Origin: an uncultured Nitrospiraceae bacterium
Lineage (GTDB): Bacteria > Nitrospirota > Thermodesulfovibrionia > Thermodesulfovibrionales > Dissulfurispiraceae
Assembly: GCA_947085205.1 (NCBI GenBank)
Contig: CAMTVO010000014.1
Location: forward strand, 1-64,000
Direction: 5' to 3'
Length of the DNA stretch: 64,000 nucleotides
Shown: positions 1-6,512 of the stretch, one piece after another
Layout: every line of letters begins with the position of its first letter
Numbering within the stretch: position 1 is the stretch's first letter
Position numbers and translations under genes: made by a program
The notes under the pieces: model-generated
The model's input: the letters and a program-made list of their open reading frames with translations, nothing else
The model's database searches: none
Told to the model about the DNA's origin: nothing

Positions 1-135
1 GCGTAGCCTCAAAGGTATAATTGTATATATATGTGATATGAAATGCGAATCCGACGCCGACTATCATACGGGTCAACGGCTACGCCCAAGTTCCCACTTC
101 GTGGAAACTTCGCCGACCCGCATCCCGCGTTATGT
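1..135 (+). repeat. attC-like site, 5' part cut by the window edge
   Basis: Inverted repeats GCGTAGCC(1-8)/GGCTACGC(78-85), hairpin 88-110, CGGGTC/GACCCG, ending in core GTTATGT at 129-135. Confidence 0.65.
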
Positions 136-199
136 GCCATTTGCACGACTCAGATTGATTTATTCATAGACAAACTCACAAAATAGTAAGGAGGACAAT

Positions 200-577
200 A
201 TGGCCAAGAAAAAAATATTTATCAGCTTTGATTTCGACAATGACAAGGCATTGAAGGATTTCATTGTTGGTCAAGCCAAGAATGATGACTCTCCGTTTGA
301 AATCAGCGATCATTCTCTGAAAGAGGCCGCCCCCGAGAAGGATTGGCTTGATCGAGCCAAGGCAGCAATCGGACGAGCTGATGTATTCATAATTATGCTG
401 GGACCAAAAACAAAAAATGCTAGCGGGGTACTCAAAGAACTCAACGTCGCTAACGAAAAAGGAAAGGACAAATTCCAAATCATCGGATACCGCGACGGCT
501 CTGAAGACTGGGCAGTTACCGGCGGTGGACGTGTGTATCGGTGGAACTGGGACAACCTAAAGAAGTTACTCTCGTGA
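200..577 (+). CDS. TIR-like domain protein (MTH538/DUF1863, ThsB-like)
   Basis: KKIFISFDFDND start, D-x-S-L-K-E, ADVFIIMLG strand, GVLKEL with Glu at the expected catalytic position; RBS AGGAGG. Confidence 0.8.
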   Translation: MAKKKIFISFDFDNDKALKDFIVGQAKNDDSPFEISDHSLKEAAPEKDWLDRAKAAIGRADVFIIMLGPKTKNASGVLKELNVANEKGKDKFQIIGYRDGSEDWAVTGGGRVYRWNWDNLKKLLS

Positions 578-584
578 GGAAATA

Positions 585-1091
585 ATGCCCAAGGTCAAGA
601 TAGATTCACCGGGTGTTCAGAGCTATTTGGAGATTCTCCAAGGCGTGATCAATCGAATGGCATCAAATAGTTCAGGCTGTAAAACGTGGTGCATAGCTTT
701 GGTATCAGCAATTGTCGTCATCATAGCAGATAAGGGAAAACCTCAATTTGTTTGGATTTCTATTTTCCCTGTTCTTCTCTTCTTGTTTCTCGATGCTTAC
801 TATCTGAGTTTGGAAATGCGTTTCCGTGATCGTTACAATGACTTTATCAGAAAACTCCATGCTGATGATGCCACAATTAAAGATTTGTTTATTGTTACGC
901 CCGGCAGAGGATTTAGAAATATTGCTAAGTCGAGCATCAAGGCATTGCTCTCTCTATCTGTCTGGCCATTCTACGGATTGCTAATTGCCATGATGTTCAT
1001 TATGCGTTTCTGGCTGTTATGTTCATTGATGGGCAAACGATTGCCGACATTTGCTATCCGATTTGCCAAATCGAACATTGTGGTATGTTAA
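585..1091 (+). CDS. Membrane protein with about 3 TM segments, putative effector paired with the TIR protein
   Basis: LQGVINRMASNS...KTW, FLDAYYL..E.RFR.Y motifs and hydrophobic segments; starts 7 bp after the TIR stop. Confidence 0.65.
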   Translation: MPKVKIDSPGVQSYLEILQGVINRMASNSSGCKTWCIALVSAIVVIIADKGKPQFVWISIFPVLLFLFLDAYYLSLEMRFRDRYNDFIRKLHADDATIKDLFIVTPGRGFRNIAKSSIKALLSLSVWPFYGLLIAMMFIMRFWLLCSLMGKRLPTFAIRFAKSNIVVC

Positions 1092-1138
1092 TATGTTAAT
1101 ATAGACAATGTTTAAACTTTCACCAGTATTGGAACAAT

Positions 1139-2041
1139 ATGAAGGTATTTGAGAAGAATGGTCATAAAATAATTTGGGGCGAGGCTTTAGAGGCACTTGC
1201 CACAATTAAAGACAATTCTGTTGATCTTATTTTTGTCGATCCCCCTTACAACATCGGGAAGAAATTTGTAGATCTTCCTGATCGATGGGAGTCAGATGGT
1301 TCATATTTGAACTGGTGTTACAAGTGGCTTGAGGTATGCATCAAAAAATTAAAGAACTCCGGAACGATGTACGTAATGACAGCCACCCAAAATATGCCGT
1401 ACTTCGATATTTTCCTTAGAGCCAAGCTCACTATCCTATCTCGAATTGTCTGGTATTACGATAGTTCAAGTGTTCAAGCCCGCAAGTATTTCGGTTCTTT
1501 GTACGAGCCGATACTCCACTGCGTCAAAGACGAGAATGACTACACCTTTAATGCTAATGATATTCTAGTCGAGGCAAAGACTGGCGCCGTCCGTAAACTG
1601 ATTGACTATAGGAAGCCAGTTCCGACTGTCTATAACTCGAAGAAGGTCCCCGGAAACGTCTGGCATATTCCACGAGTAAGATACCGCATGGACGAATACG
1701 AAAACCATCCGACTCAAAAACCAATAGCGTTGCTGGAAAGGATTATCAAGGCAAGCAGCAACGAGGGCGATCTAGTAGTTGATCCTTTCTCTGGCTCTTT
1801 CACAACTTCCTACGTTGCCAAACAGCTTAAAAGGAAATCAATTGGAATCGAGATCAACGAGGACTACGTAAAGATTGGTTTGCGCCGATTGCAGATTGCC
1901 ACACAGTTCAACGGTGAACCACTACGCAGAGAGCGGAAAACATATGAGCTGCCAGTAGACGAAAACCAAACCGCTCTATACCTATTTGAAAAGAAGGCCA
2001 AATGGAACACGAGTTCACGAAAACGATCAAAAGCATTATAG
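1139..2041 (+). CDS. DNA amino-methyltransferase (beta class, YhdJ-like, probably N6-adenine)
   Basis: DPPY before HPTQKP and DPFSGSFTT (catalytic motif precedes SAM-binding motif). Confidence 0.9.
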   Translation: MKVFEKNGHKIIWGEALEALATIKDNSVDLIFVDPPYNIGKKFVDLPDRWESDGSYLNWCYKWLEVCIKKLKNSGTMYVMTATQNMPYFDIFLRAKLTILSRIVWYYDSSSVQARKYFGSLYEPILHCVKDENDYTFNANDILVEAKTGAVRKLIDYRKPVPTVYNSKKVPGNVWHIPRVRYRMDEYENHPTQKPIALLERIIKASSNEGDLVVDPFSGSFTTSYVAKQLKRKSIGIEINEDYVKIGLRRLQIATQFNGEPLRRERKTYELPVDENQTALYLFEKKAKWNTSSRKRSKAL

Positions 2042-3147
2042 AGAAGAACTTTCCAAAGTCATCGGAGACTATCTTTTCAAAGAGCGAGCTTGTTCAATAT
2101 CTCAATATCAAGACCAAGTCGGCAAACAAAGGTTCTAAGTCGAGAGGGAGTTTTGCCAATCTTTACGCAATCTATGTTTTAGTAGAAGACTACATCGCAA
2201 AAGGGTTCCACAAGTCGGGCAATTACAAAAATTATGAGGGGGCGGTATTCTCAACTCTTTTCAATAGACAAAGAGAACTTCCATTCGGTCAGAAGTTGCA
2301 AAATCACGCACTCAATCACCGAATGAATGAGGAGTTCAAGAAGTTCTTCCCAAACTGCGAATACATACCCATCCTTCGAGATCCTAATACCAATCGATAC
2401 TGGTTCAATCAGAATCTTCTCAAACTTAACGTTGGCTCCAAGAAGCACGATATTTCGGAGTCTGTGATAAAAATAATCGACGCTTACGTTGAGGCAAAGA
2501 GAAGCGCATTTGACCGCTTCATCAAGTTCTGTGAGGGCGCAGAGAAATTCAAAGAACAAGAGCTTGTAGAATTTATCACAGGTTTGCTGGAGCCAACAGT
2601 TGATGCACGCATTTTTGAAATCGTAAGCTACAGCATTCTCAAGTATTACTATCACAATCAGAAACTCTACTGGGGTTTTGATCCCGATAACCTCCAAGAA
2701 GATAATCTCAAACTCTACAAGACTGGGCGTACAAACGCCAACGATGGCGGGATTGACTTCGTTATGAAACCATTAGGGCGGTTCTTTCAGGTTACGGAGA
2801 CCATCGATGTAAAGAAATACTTCTTAGACATCGACAAGATTGAGAAATACCCCATAACATTCGTTGTGAAGTCGTCTGATTCAATTGACACTATCAGACA
2901 GAAAATACAAGAGCAAGCAGAGAGACAGTATTCAATCAAAGCTATTGTATCTCGCTATATGTCCTGCATTGAGGAAATCATCAACATCCCCGAATTACTT
3001 GTCAAGTTTCGGTCGGCAATCGATCAAGGTTTCTTAAACGACATACTCAGCGATATTATCAAACAAAGCAAAGTTGAATTCAACTACGACGAAGACGACT
3101 ACGATGTCAGCGAATACGAGAATGGCAAAGAACCGGAAGACAGCTGA
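2002..3147 (+). CDS. Putative type II restriction endonuclease
   Basis: Overlaps the MTase 3' end; TNANDGGIDF...FFQVT resembles a PD-(D/E)xK-type nuclease core. Confidence 0.7.
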   Translation: MEHEFTKTIKSIIEKNFPKSSETIFSKSELVQYLNIKTKSANKGSKSRGSFANLYAIYVLVEDYIAKGFHKSGNYKNYEGAVFSTLFNRQRELPFGQKLQNHALNHRMNEEFKKFFPNCEYIPILRDPNTNRYWFNQNLLKLNVGSKKHDISESVIKIIDAYVEAKRSAFDRFIKFCEGAEKFKEQELVEFITGLLEPTVDARIFEIVSYSILKYYYHNQKLYWGFDPDNLQEDNLKLYKTGRTNANDGGIDFVMKPLGRFFQVTETIDVKKYFLDIDKIEKYPITFVVKSSDSIDTIRQKIQEQAERQYSIKAIVSRYMSCIEEIINIPELLVKFRSAIDQGFLNDILSDIIKQSKVEFNYDEDDYDVSEYENGKEPEDS

Positions 3148-3161
3148 GGCGAGCAAACGGC

Positions 3162-3228
3162 ACATAACAGAGTGCTTGAGGTTAACACTCAAAGGCTTCG
3201 CCCTTCTCAAGCACTCAAAACGTTAGGC
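3162..3228 (+). repeat. attC-like site 1
   Basis: ACATAAC, 11-bp IR GAGTGCTTGAG(3170-3180)/CTCAAGCACTC(3206-3216), GTTAGGC at 3222; nearly identical to 6067-6134. Confidence 0.85.
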
Positions 3229-3285
3229 GAAAAAACAAGCGATATAAATAATTTGATATACTATAGGTTAAAAGGAGGTCTTTAG

Positions 3286-3471
3286 ATGGCACAACTAAAA
3301 GAGGTCGCTATTGAAACCATAAAACGGTTGCCCGATGAGTGTTCATTAGAAGACATAATGTATGAAATAGACTTTGTAGCCCAGGTCTTAGAGGGGCTGA
3401 AGGATGCTGAGGATGGGAGGTTATTGACTACAGAAGAACTTCTTAAAAGAGTTGAACAATGGGCAAAATAA
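3286..3471 (+). CDS. Small antitoxin of a RelE/ParE-type TA pair
   Basis: 61 aa acidic protein (LPDECSLEDIMY..GLKDAEDGR) overlapping the toxin start; RBS AAGGAGG. Confidence 0.75.
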   Translation: MAQLKEVAIETIKRLPDECSLEDIMYEIDFVAQVLEGLKDAEDGRLLTTEELLKRVEQWAK

Positions 3472-3768
3472 GATGGACTGAAAAGGCAAGCAGTCATTTG
3501 CAAACAATCCATGAATATATTGTCAGAGATTCTAAAACTTATGCAACACGATTCATAAAGTCTCTTATCAAAGCTACCACAAAACTTGAAACAATGCCTC
3601 GTATGTATTGTCTCAGAGCTTGAAAATTATGGTTTCAGAGAAGTCATTTATCAAAATTACAGGATTGTCTATAGAATTATAGATAATGAAGATGTAGAAA
3701 TTCTTGCTGTGCTGCATAGTGCACGGAACTTTAAAAAGGCTTTTTATGAGGAATGGGAATTAAGTTAA
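3459..3768 (+). pseudogene. RelE/ParE toxin, frameshifted near 3605
   Basis: MGKIRWTEKASSHLQTIHEYI...LETMPR in one frame; IVSELENYGFREVIYQNYRIVYRI..VEILAVLHSAR in another. Confidence 0.8.
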
Positions 3769-3790
3769 AAGGAATATCGCTTGTTCCTTC

Positions 3791-3866
3791 GCCTAACAAC
3801 AGGCTAAAAGACAAAAAGAATGAGTGGCAAATGCTATCACACTTCTTTTAGCCTTGAACGATAAAC
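3791..3866 (+). repeat. attC-like site 2 with GAT instead of GTT core
   Basis: GCCTAAC, IR AGGCTAAAAGA(3801-3811)/TCTTTTAGCCT(3844-3854), then TGAAC-GATAAAC. Confidence 0.75.
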
Positions 3867-3924
3867 AACATCGCCCCCTGAGAATAGGTTGAATGAAGAC
3901 ATTACAAAGAATTAGACAAAAGGT

Positions 3925-4897
3925 GAGGTAAAATAAAAAAGAGTGTAAAAAGAAAAACAGGCGGTGTATCCTAAAAGTTGAACGACAATTCAACAAAAAA
4001 GAAAGGAGACACCACCATGAGAAAGAGTAACAGCAGGGAAGACAAATCGTCAAGGGCAACGTATGATTTATTGGAGGGAATGGTTCGGTTAAAGATGCAG
4101 GAGTACATACAGGACATATTGAATGAGGAGATAGCGGAATTTTTAGGGCGAGGCAAATCCGAACGGATAACGGGCATAGATATTCCTCATATATACAGAA
4201 ATGGCAAAGGCAAGCCTCGGAAGCTTGCATTAATGAACGGCACCATAACGATTCGGAGACCGCGCTTGAGGGACGTAAAGGGATTTGAGAGCAAGGTATT
4301 GCCGTTGTTTAAGCGTAGGACGAAGGAATTAGGGGAGATGCTGCCGGAGCTGTATCTGCACGGGCTTGCCAATGGCGACTTTGAGCTTGCCTTACGCGGA
4401 CTATTGGGAGAAGGAGCGCCGCTGTCTGCATCGTCAATCCAGAGATTAAAAGGGAAATGGCAGGCCGAGTATAAGGAATGGAAGGAGAGGGATCTATCTG
4501 GACTGCAAGTCGTATATCAGTGGGCAGACGGCATATATGTCAAAGCGGGTTTAGAGAAAGACAAGGCTGCGCTTCTGGTAATAATAGGCGCATTAAGCAA
4601 CGGACAAAAGACGATACTTGCCTGTGAGCCCGGGTATCGGGAGAGCGTCGCTGTTTGCTTCCGCAAGGCTAAGGACGGATGCGGCAAAGAGGTATAAGAG
4701 GGTCGAAAATGCAACGGCAACGTTATGGAAACTGCTTCAAGTAGCGGAGAAGAACTTTAGGGCGCTTAACAGCCCTCATTTGCTGGCGGATGTTTATGCA
4801 GGAAAAGAGTTCGTTAACGGTGAAATGGTAACCGATATTAGGGCGTCAGAAAGGAAGGCCGCCTAAATGCTTTTTACACACCTATTGACAAGACCCC
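3925..4897 (+). mobile_element. IS256-family element with internal deletion
   Basis: 8-bp direct repeat CAAAAGGT at 3917-3924 and 4898-4905; imperfect 28-bp terminal IRs ending in GTGTAAAAAG; only 973 bp long. Confidence 0.9.
4017..4866 (+). pseudogene. IS256 transposase remnant
   Basis: YRNG, RPRLRD, LYLHGL, WADGIYVK motifs; after GYRES (about 4646) jumps out of frame to the C-terminal FASARLRT..KLLQVAEKNFR segment. Confidence 0.85.
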
Positions 4898-4990
4898 CAA
4901 AAGGTTATAGATAAGGACTATTACCTTTCCGATCATGCAGAAGAAGAAATGCTGGATGACGAGTTAGAAAGAGAAGATTAGGAGGAAAAT

Positions 4991-5132
4991 ATGATTTGTG
5001 AATTTTGTGGAGGACAAACAGCGAAAAAGAAAGTCAAAAGACAACATTGGCTTCATCGGAGGTTGTATATAGTTGAAAATGTTGAGGCTGAAGTTTGCTC
5101 TGAATTTGGAAGTTGAAGTTGTTAGTTTATAA
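4991..5132 (+). pseudogene. YgiT/MqsA-type zinc-finger gene, internally deleted
   Basis: MICEFCGG...LYIVENVEAEVCSE then early stop; LEVEVVSL-stop in another frame; RBS GGAGG. Confidence 0.65.
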
Positions 5133-5148
5133 AGCAGGGGGCGACGTC

Positions 5149-5279
5149 GTTTAACAACAGGCTTTGCGACGCTCCAATTATTTGGATTAATATTTGAGGT
5201 CGCTTCATGCCGCCCGCTTTATTATTGAGATTAAGCTGGATGAGGTGATAGGCACGGCGCAAAGCCTTGAACGTTATCT
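5149..5279 (+). repeat. attC-like site 3
   Basis: GTTTAAC, IR AGGCTTTGCG(5159-5168)/CGCAAAGCCT(5258-5267), TGAAC-GTTATCT. Confidence 0.8.
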
Positions 5280-5352
5280 GCTCGGTGCGGGCAGGGAAGG
5301 AGCAAACAATGTTCTCACCAAATGGTTCTATTTAAAAACTGCCTGCAGCGGC

Positions 5353-5417
5353 AGATAACAGATTCTGAAGGGTAAGGCTCTAAAGAGCTTTGCCCTTCTC
5401 AAATCATAAAATTAAAA
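5353..5417 (+). repeat. Degenerate attC-like site
   Basis: AGATAAC-AGA... shares GCTTTGCCCTTCTCAA with site 4; the core reads ATTAAAA rather than GTT. Confidence 0.55.
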
Positions 5418-5485
5418 CAATCATGCTTGGTGCCATTGTGATATAATGAATTTATAATTATCCCTATGTGAAAGGAGGGTAAAAA

Positions 5486-5698
5486 ATGCATACGCAAATC
5501 AACTATGAAGAAGAAATTATCAAGGAGTTGCAGAATATACCTGATGAACAGATTCTTAATCTTCTCAACATTATACGCATCTTTAAAAAAAGTATCATTC
5601 TGCAGAGGGAAACGGATTTCCATCTCAAGAAAGAATTTAACGAGTGGGATACTTTAAGCGACGAAGCGCTAAGTAATTTTGAGGCTAATTTATCGTGA
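5486..5698 (+). CDS. Putative antitoxin
   Basis: 70 aa, overlaps the MazF-like gene by 4 bp; C-terminal EWDTLSDEAL; strong RBS. Confidence 0.65.
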   Translation: MHTQINYEEEIIKELQNIPDEQILNLLNIIRIFKKSIILQRETDFHLKKEFNEWDTLSDEALSNFEANLS

Positions 5699-6033
5699 CC
5701 TTCGGAGATATTTATCTCGTTGAAATTCCTGCTTCTGGCGGACACGAACAGCAAGGTGTCAGACCTGCAATTATAGTCCAGACTGCTGAAAACATAGATA
5801 GAGTCCCTACCGTTCTTATTGTTCCTTTCACCACACAAATAAAGGCTGCGAATTTCCCATTTACTTTTGTTGTAGAGCCAGATTCTACCAATAACCTGAC
5901 TTCAACATCTATCGCTTTAGTGTTTCAACTAAGAGCTATTGATAAAAAGAGGATGAAGAACAGGCTCGGGAGTTTAAGCACAGGTGATATGCAAGTTTTG
6001 AAACAAAAATTGAAAGATATTTTAAACATATAA
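5695..6033 (+). CDS. PemK/MazF-family endoribonuclease toxin
   Basis: GDIYLV..P..GHEQQGVRPAIIV, VPFTT, QLRAIDKKR. Confidence 0.9.
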   Translation: MTFGDIYLVEIPASGGHEQQGVRPAIIVQTAENIDRVPTVLIVPFTTQIKAANFPFTFVVEPDSTNNLTSTSIALVFQLRAIDKKRMKNRLGSLSTGDMQVLKQKLKDILNI

Positions 6034-6066
6034 ATTTTTAAAGAACTAACCCTGCCCGCAACGAAC

Positions 6067-6134
6067 AGATAACAGAGTGCTTGAGATTAAACATCCAAAG
6101 GCTTTGCCCTTCTCAAGCACTCAAAACGTTAGGC
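6067..6134 (+). repeat. attC-like site 4
   Basis: AGATAAC-AGAGTGCTTGAG...CTCAAGCACTC-AAAAC-GTTAGGC, near copy of site 1. Confidence 0.85.
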
Positions 6135-6181
6135 GAAATTCACGGTTAATTTTGTATAATTAGAATAAAAAGGAGGGAGAG

Positions 6182-6478
6182 ATGCAGACAGTCAAGCAAG
6201 AGGTAAGCGATCTCCTCAGTCGTTTGCCTGATGATTGCACATTAGAGGATGTTCAATATCATCTTTATGTTCTTCAAAAAATTGAACGAGGGCTGAAAGA
6301 CGTAGAGGAAGGACAAGTTTATACACAAGAAGAAGTAGAGAAAAAGATGTCAAATTGGATCTCCTATCTTGAAAATCGTGATTCTTTTCTCAAAGAACTG
6401 AAGGATAAATACTGCTTAACAAAAAGCAAGAAATCGGCACGCACTTCAGATAACAGAGCGCAAACGGTTAATACTTAA
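6182..6478 (+). CDS. Orphan antitoxin paralogous to 3286..3471, with an apparently foreign C-terminal tail
   Basis: First ~59 aa align by eye with the 3286 protein (LPDDCTLEDV..GLKDVEEG..W); the ORF runs into the attC site. Confidence 0.6.
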   Translation: MQTVKQEVSDLLSRLPDDCTLEDVQYHLYVLQKIERGLKDVEEGQVYTQEEVEKKMSNWISYLENRDSFLKELKDKYCLTKSKKSARTSDNRAQTVNT

Positions 6479-6512
6479 ACCGAACGGCTTCGTTTGCGCT
6501 CGGCCGTTAAAA
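6448..6512 (+). repeat. attC-like site 5 (last of the array)
   Basis: AGATAAC, IR GAGCGCAAACG(6456-6466)/CGTTTGCGCTC(6491-6501), GTT at 6506. Confidence 0.8.

Larger units (their letters stand above)
3893..4981 (+). pseudogene. DUF4258-like gene, interrupted by IS256 and truncated
   Basis: Removing the IS and one TSD copy gives MKTLQRIRQKVIDKDYYLSDHAEEEMLDDELERED-stop; followed by a YgiT-type zinc finger gene, the usual partner. Confidence 0.65.
1..6512 (+). mobile_element. Integron-like gene cassette array (distal end; integrase not in window)
   Basis: Co-oriented short genes separated by hairpins that run from an ..TAAC inverse core to a GTTRRRY-like core; cassette starts are reverse-complementary to their own ends; cargo is defence and TA genes. 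Confidence 0.85.

Noticed and set aside
4618..4697. Programmed frameshift in the IS256 transposase
   Set aside because: The central catalytic region is missing, so this is a deletion junction; IS256 transposases are single ORFs.
3162..6134. Repeated 67-bp hairpins as a CRISPR array
   Set aside because: Spacing is kilobase-scale and gene-sized, there are no cas genes, and the ends carry attC-type cores.
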